Below are positions 49,687-59,733 of a stretch of 64,000 nucleotides of DNA, piece after piece (position 1 is the first letter of the stretch; each line of letters starts with the position of its first letter). Location: assembly GCA_038329865.1 (NCBI GenBank), contig JBBQNK010000005.1, forward strand, positions 1 to 64,000, in the 5' to 3' direction. This DNA is from Tepidisphaerales bacterium (GTDB lineage: Bacteria > Planctomycetota > Phycisphaerae > Tepidisphaerales > Tepidisphaeraceae). The notes under the pieces were generated by a model. It did no database searches. It was given only the letters and a program-made list of their open reading frames with translations, and was not told the DNA's origin. Position numbers and translations under genes: made by a program.

Positions 49687-51315
49687 CTATTTCGCCATCG
49701 AGACGGCCGGCGCGGCGGCGTTGACCGACGGCACTGCGGTGAAGTGCATGCGGCCGTAGTTTTCGGTCAGTTTGTTCAGCGGACTGTAACCGACGAACAT
49801 CACCACCAGCATGATCGCGCACATGAGTGAGACCGCGACGCCCAGCGGGTTGCCCATGAAGGCCGGCTGATCGGAGTTGAGCAGGAACATCGACCGCACC
49901 ACGCGCATGTAGAAGTAGAGGCTGAGCACCGTGTTGATCAGGATGACCACCACCAGCAGCCACCACCAACCGCCGGTCTGGATCAGGGCCATGAGGATGT
50001 TGAACTTCGCGAAGAATCCCGCGAGCGGCGGTAAGCCAACGAAGCTGAACATGAACGCCGCCATGCAAACTGCCAGCACCGGGTTTCGCCGCGAAAGGCC
50101 GGCGTACCCTTCGAGCGTTTCAATGCCCGTCTGCTTGAACACCAGGCCGGCCACGGTGAACGCGCCCAGGTTCATGAACAGGTACACCGCGAGATAAAAC
50201 AGAATCGTGCGGGCGGAGATCGAAGTCGGATCGGTCACGCTGCCGGCCTTGAGCAGCAGGGACATCGCACACAGCATGTAACCGGCATGGGCGATGGAGC
50301 TGTAAGCGAGCAGGCGCTTGATGTTGTTCTGCACGAAAGCGGCCGTGTTGCCGAGGGTGGCGGAGAGAGCGCCCATCACGCCGAGCACGATCGCGATGAC
50401 CGCCGGCGCGGAAAGCAGTTCGCCGTTCATGCCGTTGAAGTGGTACGCGTCGGCGATGTTGTTCACGACGCGCAGCAGCAGGACAAGGGCCGCGCCCTTG
50501 CTGGCGACGGAGAGGAACGTCGTCACTTCGATGGCCGCGCCTTCGAACACGTCCGGGCACCAGAAGTGGAACGGCACGGCCGCGATTTTGAAACCGATGC
50601 CGACGACCAATCCAAAAACCGCGACAACGAGCAGCGCCGTTCCGCCGGTGGTGGCGGGCATCTTAGAGGCCAACTCGGAGAGGTTCAGCGTGCCGTACAG
50701 CCCGTAGAGCAGCGACATGCCGTACGTCATCACCGCGCTGGTGGCGGCGCCGAACAGCACGTACTTGAGGCTCGCTTCAGCGTCGGTCTTGTTGGTCTTA
50801 CGGAAGCCGGCCAGCACGTAGCTGGGGAAGCTGGCGAGTTCCACCGCGAGCAGGATCATGAGCAGGTTGTTGGCCGACGCCATGAGGGCCATGCCGGTGG
50901 TCGCACCGAGGAGCAGGACGAAGAACTCAGGGCCGTCGCCTTCATGCATGTCGGCGGCACTGGTGGCGAACCACATCATGATCACGCCGATCACGAAGAC
51001 CAGCAGCAGGATTTTCCAGAGGAACGCGATCGGATCGGCCACCAGCATCGGCGCGAACTTAGTGGCCTGCAGGCCCGCATCAGGGCTGACGTATTGAACG
51101 TAAAGAAGGCTGAGCAGCGCGATCACCAATCCCGCCAGTGCCACCAGGCCGCACGCGGTGTTCGACTTTTTCACGAAGAACGGCGTGAGCAGCACCGCGA
51201 CGATCGTGCCGATGAGCGTGAGCTCGGCGATGAACGGGCGCAGCTCCGTCCAGCCGGGGATGAAGGGTAAGCCGATACTTGCAAGAGACAGGATCATCAT
51301 TCGCTTTCGTAGCAT
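49687..51315 (-). CDS. nuoN: NADH-quinone oxidoreductase subunit N
   Basis: 14-TM antiporter-like subunit; its position after nuoM. Confidence 0.85.
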   Translation of the reverse strand: MLRKRMMILSLASIGLPFIPGWTELRPFIAELTLIGTIVAVLLTPFFVKKSNTACGLVALAGLVIALLSLLYVQYVSPDAGLQATKFAPMLVADPIAFLWKILLLVFVIGVIMMWFATSAADMHEGDGPEFFVLLLGATTGMALMASANNLLMILLAVELASFPSYVLAGFRKTNKTDAEASLKYVLFGAATSAVMTYGMSLLYGLYGTLNLSELASKMPATTGGTALLVVAVFGLVVGIGFKIAAVPFHFWCPDVFEGAAIEVTTFLSVASKGAALVLLLRVVNNIADAYHFNGMNGELLSAPAVIAIVLGVMGALSATLGNTAAFVQNNIKRLLAYSSIAHAGYMLCAMSLLLKAGSVTDPTSISARTILFYLAVYLFMNLGAFTVAGLVFKQTGIETLEGYAGLSRRNPVLAVCMAAFMFSFVGLPPLAGFFAKFNILMALIQTGGWWWLLVVVILINTVLSLYFYMRVVRSMFLLNSDQPAFMGNPLGVAVSLMCAIMLVVMFVGYSPLNKLTENYGRMHFTAVPSVNAAAPAVSMAK

Positions 51316-51375
51316 GGGCTACCAGCCCATGTCATGGTGCGCACCGGGTCACGGGCTGGTAGCCCGTGCTACGCT

Positions 51376-52998
51376 TCATCCTAACAACTTGAACATCGCC
51401 GCCACCGTCGTGCTGGTGTAGGCGAAGAAGAACGCCGTCGGCAAAATGCCGAGCAGCACCGCCATGATGGCCAGCGGCGTGAGGACGGTCAGCTCGCGCT
51501 GGTCGACCTCGGGGAAGCTCTTGTACTCGGCCTTTTCCGGACCGAAGAAAACGCGCTGGACGGTCCAGAGCATGTAGCCGGCCGTCAGCACCACGCCGAA
51601 GCAGGCGATTACGGCGAGCGTCATGATGTACGGGTAAGCGTGGCCGTTGGTGGCGATCATGATGACCGAATCCGGCTTGGCGGCTTGGAAGCTGCCGAGC
51701 AGGACCATCACTTCACCGATAAAACCGGCAAGGCCCGGCAAGCCCAGGTTGCTGAAGCACGCCACGATGCTGAAGCCGGTGTAAACAGGCATCGTCGTCG
51801 CCATGCCGCCCATTCGGCCGAGCTCGCGGTGGTGAGCACGGTCGTACACCACGCCGACGACAAAGAACATCATCGCGCTGGTCACGCCGTGGGCGATCAT
51901 CATGAACTGTGCGCCGTTGATCGACGCCTCGGTCATCATCGCCGCGCCGAGCACGACGAATCCCATGTGCGATACGCTGCTGTAAGCTACGAGTTTCTTG
52001 AAATCGGTCTGGGCCATTGCGCACAGCGCGCCATAGATGATGCTCACCACGCCCACGAGTGCGAAGAGCCACCACAGGTCTTTGCCGGCATCGGGGAAGA
52101 GCGGGTACGCGATCCGGAAGATGCCGTACCCGCCGAGCTTGAGCAGGATGGCGGCCAGGATCATGCTCATCGGCGTGGGGGCTTCGACGTGCGCGTCCGG
52201 GAGCCACGTGTGAACGGGGACGGCCGGCACTTTGATCAGGAAGCCAAGCATCGCCAGGATGAAGAACGTCTTAGCCACTCCTGCCATACCGGCCGCCATC
52301 AGGCCCTTCTGCACGTCCGTTGAAGCGAGTTTCACGAGATCGAACGTGCCGTTCGGCAACCCCGGCAGGCCGCGGCTGTAGAGATACGTGCCGATCAGCA
52401 CGATCAGCAGACCGACCGAACCAACCAGCGTGTACAGGAAGAACTTGATCGCAGCGTACTCTTTGCGAGGCCCGCCCCAGATGCCGATCAGGAAATACAT
52501 CGGCAGCAGGCTGATTTCGAAGAAGACATAGAAGAGGAAAAAATCGAGCGAGAGGAACACGCCAAGGATGCCCGTCTCAAGAAACAGGAACAACGCCATG
52601 TACCCTTTGAGCTGCTTTTCAATATTCCAGCTCGCGATGCACGCCAGCACACAGACGAACGTCGTCAGGACGATCAGCGGAAAGCTCAGCCCGTCGATGC
52701 CGAGCTTGTATTGCACGTTAAACGCGGGAATCCAGTCGCACGACTGAACCATCTGCACCACGCCGCTGTTGGCTACGTATTCGCCGGTCTTTGCATCGTA
52801 CTGGGCGTAAGCGTACGGGCCGCTGGTCTTCCAGTTGAAGGTGATGAACAGCATCAGCGAGAGAATGAACGTGACGATCGTGGTGCCCAGCGCCGTCCAA
52901 CGCACGGCGTCGCGGCCCTTGGCGAAGAGCACGAGCGCCGCGCCGATCGTCGGCACGAAGATCAGGATCGACAGCAGATAGTGATTTAAGAAGTCCAT
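51376..52998 (-). CDS. nuoM: NADH-quinone oxidoreductase subunit M
   Basis: Antiporter-like subunit with the characteristic WLPDAHVEAPTPMSMILAAILLKLGGYG block. Confidence 0.9.
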   Translation of the reverse strand: MDFLNHYLLSILIFVPTIGAALVLFAKGRDAVRWTALGTTIVTFILSLMLFITFNWKTSGPYAYAQYDAKTGEYVANSGVVQMVQSCDWIPAFNVQYKLGIDGLSFPLIVLTTFVCVLACIASWNIEKQLKGYMALFLFLETGILGVFLSLDFFLFYVFFEISLLPMYFLIGIWGGPRKEYAAIKFFLYTLVGSVGLLIVLIGTYLYSRGLPGLPNGTFDLVKLASTDVQKGLMAAGMAGVAKTFFILAMLGFLIKVPAVPVHTWLPDAHVEAPTPMSMILAAILLKLGGYGIFRIAYPLFPDAGKDLWWLFALVGVVSIIYGALCAMAQTDFKKLVAYSSVSHMGFVVLGAAMMTEASINGAQFMMIAHGVTSAMMFFVVGVVYDRAHHRELGRMGGMATTMPVYTGFSIVACFSNLGLPGLAGFIGEVMVLLGSFQAAKPDSVIMIATNGHAYPYIMTLAVIACFGVVLTAGYMLWTVQRVFFGPEKAEYKSFPEVDQRELTVLTPLAIMAVLLGILPTAFFFAYTSTTVAAMFKLLG

Positions 52999-53034
52999 AG
53001 CAATTCTCTTATTTCAACCGGCCAGCATGCCCGG

Positions 53035-55377
53035 CTACCGAGACAACACCACCACGATCGCACCTGCGATCGAGACGGCGATCACGCACATCAGCACGGT
53101 CACGTACAGCCGAACGCGGCCGGTCTGCGGCGAGCGGACGGCTGAGCCGATCGACTGCGCCAGCGCGCCGGCGCCGTTCACCGCGCCATCGACGATGTAC
53201 TTATCATTCGCGCCCATCAGGAACGCCGTCTGCCGGCCCAAGTACGCGACGAAGTTCACCGCGCCGTCGACGATCAGCCGATCGAACGCCGCCGCCAGGT
53301 ACGACAGGAACAGCACCGTGCCGACGAAGACGAACTTGTACAGCTCATCAAAGTACATGCGGCGGTACAGCCACGTGTGAATCCACTGCAGCGGCGGAAT
53401 CTTCATCAACGCGTTGGCGATGCCGTAGCCGTTCATGTACATGAAAAAGCCCAGGCCGAGCGCGATCAGCCACGCCCATCCGCCGAGCAGTGCGTCCTTC
53501 ATTTGTTCTTCGCCGTGCTCGAGCAGTTCCTTGGTGGTGTGAAGCGTGTGCGGGACTTCGGCGTTGTCGACGTTCGTCTTCCCGCCGATGGCTCCGCCGG
53601 TGGCTTTGGGGGATTGGCCGTGCGTGGCGCCCGGTTCTTCCGCGACGTGTTCGGAATGCGCCGCTTCGGGCGTGGCGGGCGTGACGCCTTCAGGCGGAGG
53701 CGTCGGCCAGGCGTTGGCGAACAGGTCGGTCGCAGGGTGCCCTTCGACCTGCACGATCTTGTTCATTTCCGTCTCAGCCGCCTCGATCATCTCGCGCACG
53801 CCGAGGAACCGCCCGCCGATGATCGCGGCGATCGCCAGCACCACCAGCGGGATGTACAGGATCGGCGACTCATGCGCGTGATCGTAAAGTGCCTGGTTCC
53901 GCGGCTTGCCCCAGAACGTCAGCGTCCAGCACCGCATCATGTAGAACGGCGTGACGTACGCGATGATCGCCGGGCACCAGAAGAGCAGCCACATGTAGTT
54001 ATGCCCGCCGGGAACCTTCGTTTGATCGGTGAGGAACCCGAACGCCGCCGCGTGCTGAAGAATCAAGTCCTTGGAATAAAAGCCGCTGAACGCGACCGTG
54101 AAATGCTCGGAGAAGGTGATCCCGAACCCGGCGATCGCAAAGACCGCGACAAGGAACGTGATGGCTGTCACCGGAATCTTGCGAAGCAGCCCGCCGTACT
54201 GCGGCAGCTCCTGCTCGTGGTGGGCGGCGTGGATCACGCTGCCGGAACCGAGGAAGAGCAAGGCTTTGAAGAACGCGTGCGTGATCAGGTGGAATAGCGC
54301 CCCCACCCAGCTGCCGACGCCGATCGCCAGGATCATGTAGCCCAGTTGCGAGAGCGTGCTGTAGGCCAGCACCTTTTTAATGTCGGATTGCGCGATCGCG
54401 ATCAGCGCCGCCATAGTGAGCGTGGTGCAGCCGATGATGCCGATAAAGAGCTTCGCGTCGGGCGTGAGAACAGGGAAAATTCGACCACAGAGATACACGC
54501 CGGCGGCCACCATCGTGGCGGCATGGATTAAAGCGCTGACGGGAGTCGGGCCTTCCATCGCGTCGGGCAGCCACACGTGCAGCGGGAACTGGGCCGACTT
54601 GCCCATGGCGCCGAAGAACAGACCGATGCCCATGATCGTCAGCAGCCCGCTGGAAAAGACCGTGCCGTTCGGCAGCGTGATCGCCGCGCCCGTGCCGGCC
54701 GTGTGCAGCAGGCCCCACATGCTCGGCAGGCTCACGTTGCCCAGGTGGTAGAACAAAATGCCAAAGCCGATGAGGAACCCGAAATCGCCGACGCGATTGG
54801 TGACGAACGCCTTGATGGCCGCGTTGCTGGCGGACTTTTTCTCGTACCAGAAGCCGATCAGCAGGTAGCTGCACAGGCCGACGAGTTCCCAGAAGATGAA
54901 CAGGTGCAGCGCCGTCCCGCCGATCACCAGGCCGAGCATGGAAAAGCAGAACAAACCTAAATACGTAAAAAATCGCGGGTAGCGTTTGTCCTCAGACATG
55001 TAGCCGATGCTGAAGATGTGCACGAGCGTCGCCACACCGGTGATCATGAAGAACATGACGACCGTGAGGCTGTCGACGTAAACGCCGACGTCGAGAAACC
55101 CGGTGTGATCCTGCGACAGCCCACTGCCGACAGGAATCCACTTCATCGGCAGGTTGATCGGCGCCTTGCCGAAGCCCCAGTCCTTGCCGTCGTGCTTGCC
55201 GCCGTCGAGCCAGGCGAACGTCGCCGCCGCCGAGCAAAGCAGGCTGCCGGCGATGAAGAGCGTGCCGACGTATCCCGCGATGGGGTTGCCCATCTTCTTG
55301 CCGAGAAACACGAGCACGATAAAGCTCACCAGCGGCAGCAGGACGGCGATCGAAAGTAGTAAAGCTGGAAGTGGCAT
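53035..55377 (-). CDS. nuoL: NADH-quinone oxidoreductase subunit L (with Pro/Glu-rich insertion)
   Basis: FPLHVWLPDAMEGPTPVSALIHAATMVAAGVYL block and the long C-terminal lateral helix. An insert (VEGHPATDLFANAWPTPPPEGVTPATPEAAHSEHVAEEPGATHGQSPKATGG) is present. Confidence 0.9.
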   Translation of the reverse strand: MPLPALLLSIAVLLPLVSFIVLVFLGKKMGNPIAGYVGTLFIAGSLLCSAAATFAWLDGGKHDGKDWGFGKAPINLPMKWIPVGSGLSQDHTGFLDVGVYVDSLTVVMFFMITGVATLVHIFSIGYMSEDKRYPRFFTYLGLFCFSMLGLVIGGTALHLFIFWELVGLCSYLLIGFWYEKKSASNAAIKAFVTNRVGDFGFLIGFGILFYHLGNVSLPSMWGLLHTAGTGAAITLPNGTVFSSGLLTIMGIGLFFGAMGKSAQFPLHVWLPDAMEGPTPVSALIHAATMVAAGVYLCGRIFPVLTPDAKLFIGIIGCTTLTMAALIAIAQSDIKKVLAYSTLSQLGYMILAIGVGSWVGALFHLITHAFFKALLFLGSGSVIHAAHHEQELPQYGGLLRKIPVTAITFLVAVFAIAGFGITFSEHFTVAFSGFYSKDLILQHAAAFGFLTDQTKVPGGHNYMWLLFWCPAIIAYVTPFYMMRCWTLTFWGKPRNQALYDHAHESPILYIPLVVLAIAAIIGGRFLGVREMIEAAETEMNKIVQVEGHPATDLFANAWPTPPPEGVTPATPEAAHSEHVAEEPGATHGQSPKATGGAIGGKTNVDNAEVPHTLHTTKELLEHGEEQMKDALLGGWAWLIALGLGFFMYMNGYGIANALMKIPPLQWIHTWLYRRMYFDELYKFVFVGTVLFLSYLAAAFDRLIVDGAVNFVAYLGRQTAFLMGANDKYIVDGAVNGAGALAQSIGSAVRSPQTGRVRLYVTVLMCVIAVSIAGAIVVVLSR

Positions 55378-55447
55378 AATTCAGTCGGCAGCGGGCAGCG
55401 GGCAGCGGGCAGTTCATACTGCCCGCTGCCCGCTGCCATCTGCCCGC

Positions 55448-55798
55448 TTATCCTTTAAGGTTCGAAGCACGCTCCACGTCGATCGTTGTAAAATTGTTGT
55501 AGAAGTTCAGGAAAATCGCCAACGCCACCGCCGCCTCAGCAGCGGCCAGAACGATCACGAAGACCGCGAAGATCTGCCCGTTCAGCGCCGGCTCGCCGTG
55601 CGTGCCGGCGTAGCTGAAATAGTTGAACGCGACGAGATTCACGTTGGCCGCGTTCAACACCAACTCCACGCCCATCAGAATGCCGATCGCGTTGCGCTTG
55701 AGGAGGATCGTCATCAACCCGCAAACGAACAGAAACGCGCCCAGCACCAAATAATGGTGCAGGCCGATCGTCGTAACGGTGATGGCGAGAACGTTCAT
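55448..55798 (-). CDS. nuoK: NADH-quinone oxidoreductase subunit K
   Basis: A ~100-aa 3-TM protein with the conserved LNAANVNLVAF region and the Glu residues. Confidence 0.85.
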   Translation of the reverse strand: MNVLAITVTTIGLHHYLVLGAFLFVCGLMTILLKRNAIGILMGVELVLNAANVNLVAFNYFSYAGTHGEPALNGQIFAVFVIVLAAAEAAVALAIFLNFYNNFTTIDVERASNLKG

Positions 55799-55825
55799 TC
55801 CTCTTCCCTGTTTACTAACTGGTCG

Positions 55826-55885
55826 CCCCGTTTCAGCGGGTCGTCTGCGATTTCAAGAGCGACCCGCTGATGCGGGGCGACCGGT
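55826..55885. repeat. imperfect 22-bp-arm palindrome in the nuoK-nuoJ intercistronic spacer
   Basis: gtcgccccgtttcagcgggtcg ... cgacccgctgatgcggggcgac. Confidence 0.5.
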
Positions 55886-55891
55886 TTAGCT

Positions 55892-56479
55892 TTACGACCA
55901 CTGCCGCATCGTCTTCGATGCAGGTGTTCTCCCGAGTTTCAAATCTTCCGCTTCGTGACGGCGTCCCTTCGCGAGGTACGCCGCGCCGATCATCACTACC
56001 AGCAGCAGCACGCTGGCGATTTCAAACGGGATCAGATAATCGCCCAGCAGTGCCTGCCCGAGAGCGAGCAGCGGGTACTTGCCTTCCAGGTTCGGCTCAG
56101 CCGCCGGGAACGGGAAGCTGTGAAGCGCCAGCACGAGCGCTGCGAAAAGCACCGTACCGACGACGAGCGCGATCGCCACTTCGCCCGGCTTAGGCTCGAA
56201 CTTGCTGAACGGCGATTTGCTGGTCAGCATCACACCGAAAATAATCAGGATCAGCGTGCCGCCCGCGTACACCACGAGTTGCACAGCCGCCAGAAATTCC
56301 GCGTGCAGCAGGAAGTACAACCCCGCCACGCCCATCAGCGTGAACAGCAAACAAACGGCCGTCCGAACAATGTTCCGCGACAGCACCAGCAGCAGCGCCG
56401 AGATCGCAGCCATCCCGGCGAAGGCGTAGAAGAGCACGGCTTCGGCGTTGGCGTTCGTGATTGAGTTGATGGCGTCCAT
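55892..56479 (-). CDS. nuoJ: NADH-quinone oxidoreductase subunit J
   Basis: VVYAGGTLILIIF and FEIASVLLLVVMIGA blocks. Confidence 0.85.
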   Translation of the reverse strand: MDAINSITNANAEAVLFYAFAGMAAISALLLVLSRNIVRTAVCLLFTLMGVAGLYFLLHAEFLAAVQLVVYAGGTLILIIFGVMLTSKSPFSKFEPKPGEVAIALVVGTVLFAALVLALHSFPFPAAEPNLEGKYPLLALGQALLGDYLIPFEIASVLLLVVMIGAAYLAKGRRHEAEDLKLGRTPASKTMRQWS

Positions 56480-56488
56480 TTTTGTTTC

Positions 56489-56557
56489 GGCGTTGGGCGT
56501 TGAGCGTTAGGCGTTGGGGGTCGATTGATCCCTAACGCCTAACGCCAAACGCCTAAC
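56489..56557. repeat. long hairpin built from tandem heptamers (GGCGTTG/AGCGTTA) in the nuoH-nuoJ spacer
   Basis: ggcgttgggcgttgagcgttaggcgttggggg - tcgattgatc - cctaacgcctaacgccaaacgcctaac. The loop shares ttgatcc with the hairpin at 21552-21627. Confidence 0.65.
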
Positions 56558-56565
56558 TACTTTCG

Positions 56566-58017
56566 TTAGGCCTTCACCAAATTCTCAGTCCCTTCATCGA
56601 TCGGCGACGGATCAGTCAACCGCTGCTTATGCCCGCGGCCTGTGGCGGCGGAGTAGAGCACCCAGCCGACGACCATGCCGAATCCTGTCAGGCCCACCAG
56701 CGTCAATACAACTTGCGTGATCAGCGAAGCCAGGCCGTCGTGCGCCCACGCGGCGAAATTCCACGGGTTGAAACCGTCCACCCACGGCAGGCCGGGATGA
56801 TCGGGGACGATCAACTGCCAGACCGCCCCGCACAGCAGCAGGATCATGCTCATCGGCAGCAGCACTTTGACGCAGGCGTAAAGCACTTGATCGATTCGCG
56901 GGCGCGGGACCGTCCAGCGAATCCACATCTGCACGAAGACGATTCCCATCGCCTTGGTGACGAAAATGCCGGCGGCCACGCAGTTGAGCAGCAGCAGCGG
57001 GATCGCGTTATTGACCGACGGGTCGGCCGCGTAAGTGACGTTCAAACTGTGGTTGAAGTAGCCGATCAGGCCGAACGGATCATTCCAGCCGCCGAGGAAG
57101 AGCGCCGTCTGAATTCCGCCGACGACGAACATTGCGGCGTATTCGGCGAAGAAGAAAAAGCTGAACCGCAGGCCGCTGTATTCCGTGTGGAAGCCGGCGA
57201 CCAGTTCCGACTCCGATTCCGGCAGATCGAACGGCGCCCGCTTGTTGCTGGCCAGCGAGGCAACGAAAAATACAAAAAACGAGAGGAAAACGAACGGATT
57301 TTTGTAAATCAGCCAAGTGTGAATCCCGCCCGACTGCATGTGGCCGAGCTCCACCATGTTCAGCGTGCCGGCCGCCATGATCGCGACCAGGATGCTGATG
57401 CCCAGCGGGATTTCGTAGCTCACCATCTGGCAGGCTTCACGCATCGCACCGTAAATCGACCACTTATTATTGGACGCCCAGCCGGCGAGGATCACGCCCA
57501 TCACTTCCACCGACAACATCGCGAGAATCCAGAACACGCCGACGTTCAGCATCGGCTCAAAGCAGAAGCTCGGCCCGAACGGCAACGCCAGGAACACCGC
57601 GAACGCCGGGGCGAACGCGAGGTACGGAGCCAGTCTATATAGAAAGTGGTCAGCCGAGGTGGGGATCAGGTCTTCTTTGAGAATCAGCTTCGCGCCGTCG
57701 GCCAAGGACTGCAGCAACCCGATCGGCCCGACGCGGTTAGGCCCCAGCCGCGCCTGCATGTGGCCGGCGACTTTTCGCTCCCACCAGATGCTGAACATCG
57801 CGACCAGCGAGACCGCCGGCAGGAAAATCGCCGCGCAAAGCGTCACGCCGTACACGAGTGTGAGCACCGGCCCGCGCTGGAGGCCGAGTTGGTCCTGGAG
57901 CAATTGCTGCAAGGAGAACGAAGGCACTTCCGCAGCGATCGGAATCGAGAAAGAAGTCATGGTCGCGCGCCAAATCGTGAAAAACGGCACGAATCCAACT
58001 GATACGCCCGCCGCCAA
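56566..58017 (-). CDS. nuoH: NADH-quinone oxidoreductase subunit H (extended N- and C-termini)
   Basis: ARLGPNRVGPIGLLQSLADGAKL and YAAMFVVGGIQTALFLGGW blocks. The ORF begins with TTG at 58017; an alternative start is the ATG at 57960. Confidence 0.85.
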   Translation of the reverse strand: MAAGVSVGFVPFFTIWRATMTSFSIPIAAEVPSFSLQQLLQDQLGLQRGPVLTLVYGVTLCAAIFLPAVSLVAMFSIWWERKVAGHMQARLGPNRVGPIGLLQSLADGAKLILKEDLIPTSADHFLYRLAPYLAFAPAFAVFLALPFGPSFCFEPMLNVGVFWILAMLSVEVMGVILAGWASNNKWSIYGAMREACQMVSYEIPLGISILVAIMAAGTLNMVELGHMQSGGIHTWLIYKNPFVFLSFFVFFVASLASNKRAPFDLPESESELVAGFHTEYSGLRFSFFFFAEYAAMFVVGGIQTALFLGGWNDPFGLIGYFNHSLNVTYAADPSVNNAIPLLLLNCVAAGIFVTKAMGIVFVQMWIRWTVPRPRIDQVLYACVKVLLPMSMILLLCGAVWQLIVPDHPGLPWVDGFNPWNFAAWAHDGLASLITQVVLTLVGLTGFGMVVGWVLYSAATGRGHKQRLTDPSPIDEGTENLVKA

Positions 58018-58068
58018 TTACAAATCGATTGGGTTGTTGTAATGGGGTGGGTTGGAGGTGTCAAGAAT

Positions 58069-58159
58069 AGGACTAAGGACTTAGGACTAAGGACTTAGTG
58101 AAGAAAAAATCGCTCCCGCATTTCTTTCACTAAGTCCTAAGTCCTGAGTCCTAAGTCCT
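58069..58159. repeat. long hairpin built from tandem heptamers (AGGACTA/AGGACTT)
   Basis: aggactaaggacttaggactaaggacttagtgaagaaa ... tttctttcactaagtcctaagtcctgagtcctaagtcct. It overlaps the last codons of the PCD gene and precedes the nuoH start. Confidence 0.65.
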
Positions 58160-58534
58160 CTGAATTCCCTCCACCTTCGCCGCGCAGATGAAGTCATTTT
58201 CCGTGACATCTCCCGCCGAGTGCGTGCTGTAAACCACGCCGCACTTGTTGTAACTCACCGCCAACTCCGGGTGATGGTTTTCCTTGTGGCTGATCTCGGC
58301 GATGGCGTTCACGAACGCGATCGTCTGGTGATAGTCCTTGAAGTTGAACGTCTTCTGAAGCAACTTCCCTTCCAGCGTCCACCCCGGCAGCGCGGCCAGG
58401 TCAAACTCGATATCCCCGGCCGCCACCACCTTGGGTTTGGTCGTGCAGTGTTTCTTGAGCAATTCGGCGTGGCGTTTATTGATGGTCATGGTGTCTCCGT
58501 GTTGGCAATATGATAGCACGATCGCCCGAATCAT
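58151..58534 (-). CDS. pterin-4a-carbinolamine dehydratase (PCD/DCoH)
   Basis: EGKLLQKTFNFKDYHQTIAFVNAIAEISHKENHHPELAVSYNKCGVVYSTH matches the PCD family core, including the HHP motif. The probable start is at MTINKR. Confidence 0.8.
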   Translation of the reverse strand: MIRAIVLSYCQHGDTMTINKRHAELLKKHCTTKPKVVAAGDIEFDLAALPGWTLEGKLLQKTFNFKDYHQTIAFVNAIAEISHKENHHPELAVSYNKCGVVYSTHSAGDVTENDFICAAKVEGIQRT

Positions 58535-58623
58535 CCCTCTGCATTCTGCCTTCTGCCCTCTGACTTCTCTTTAGGTTATGCTCCCCGGCTCAAACTTTTT
58601 TTTGAGACGAATCGAAAACCGCC

Positions 58624-59733
58624 ATGGCCGACCAATCCGCATCCAACACTGCCCTGCTTCGAAAGCTTGAAGAGCAGTTCAATTATTATAACTCGCTGCA
58701 GGAACAGATGAGCGACCCGGCCATCCAGAGCAACGGCGCACGGCTGGTGGCCATCAGCAAAGAAGCCGGCAAACTCGAGCCGGTGATCGGCAAATACCGC
58801 GACTATAAATCCGCCGCCGCCGCCGTGAAAGAACTAACGGAGCTGAGCTCGAACAAGGCCGATGCGGAAATGTCCGAACTGGCCGCGCTGGAACTTCCCG
58901 ACGCCCAGGCCAAAGCGAACGAGATGCTCGAGGGCCTGAAGGACGAATTTATCGCCGCCGACGATAATTCCGTCGAGCAGTTCTTCATCGAGCTCCGGGC
59001 CGGCACGGGAGGTGACGAAGCCGCCCTCTTCGTCGGCAATCTCTACGAGATGTACCGCAAATACGTAGAAACCCACGGCTGGCGGTTCGACGTCTCCGAC
59101 TTCTCCAACTCCGAGCGCGGCGGGTTCAAGGAACTCATCGCCACCATCAAGGGCCGCGGCGCGTACCGGCATTTGCAATACGAAGCCGGCGGCCATCGCG
59201 TGCAGCGCGTTCCGGAGACCGAAACGCAAGGCCGCATCCACACCAGCGCCGCGACGGTCGCCATCCTGCCTGAACTGCCGGACGTCAAAATCGAAATCAA
59301 TTCAAAAGACGTAGAAGAATTCGGCTGCCGCGGCGGCGGCCCCGGCGGGCAGAACGTGAACAAGGTCGAAACCGGCTGGTACATCAAGCACAAGCCCAGC
59401 GGCATCCAGTTCAAGATGACCGAGCACAAGAGCCAGACGCAAAACAAGGAACGCGCCTGGGCCCTGCTCCGCGCCACGCTGTATGAAACCGAACGCCAGA
59501 AACAACACGCCGCCCAGATGGGCACAAGAAAAGCCATGATGGGCTCCGGCGACCGCAGCGCGCGTATCCGCACCTACAACTTCCCCCAAAACCGCTGCAC
59601 CGACCACCGCTTAGGCGGCGAGGGAGGCGGCGAAAAAAACTTCAACCTCGACCAAATCATGCTCGGCCAACTCGATCCGCTGGTCGCAGCGCTGCTGGAA
59701 TTGGATAAGCAGCAGAAGCTGGAAAATCTGTGA
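58624..59733 (+). CDS. prfA: peptide chain release factor 1
   Basis: GGQ motif (RGGGPGGQNVNKVETG), the PxT-type recognition region and a length of 369 aa. Confidence 0.9.
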   Translation: MADQSASNTALLRKLEEQFNYYNSLQEQMSDPAIQSNGARLVAISKEAGKLEPVIGKYRDYKSAAAAVKELTELSSNKADAEMSELAALELPDAQAKANEMLEGLKDEFIAADDNSVEQFFIELRAGTGGDEAALFVGNLYEMYRKYVETHGWRFDVSDFSNSERGGFKELIATIKGRGAYRHLQYEAGGHRVQRVPETETQGRIHTSAATVAILPELPDVKIEINSKDVEEFGCRGGGPGGQNVNKVETGWYIKHKPSGIQFKMTEHKSQTQNKERAWALLRATLYETERQKQHAAQMGTRKAMMGSGDRSARIRTYNFPQNRCTDHRLGGEGGGEKNFNLDQIMLGQLDPLVAALLELDKQQKLENL

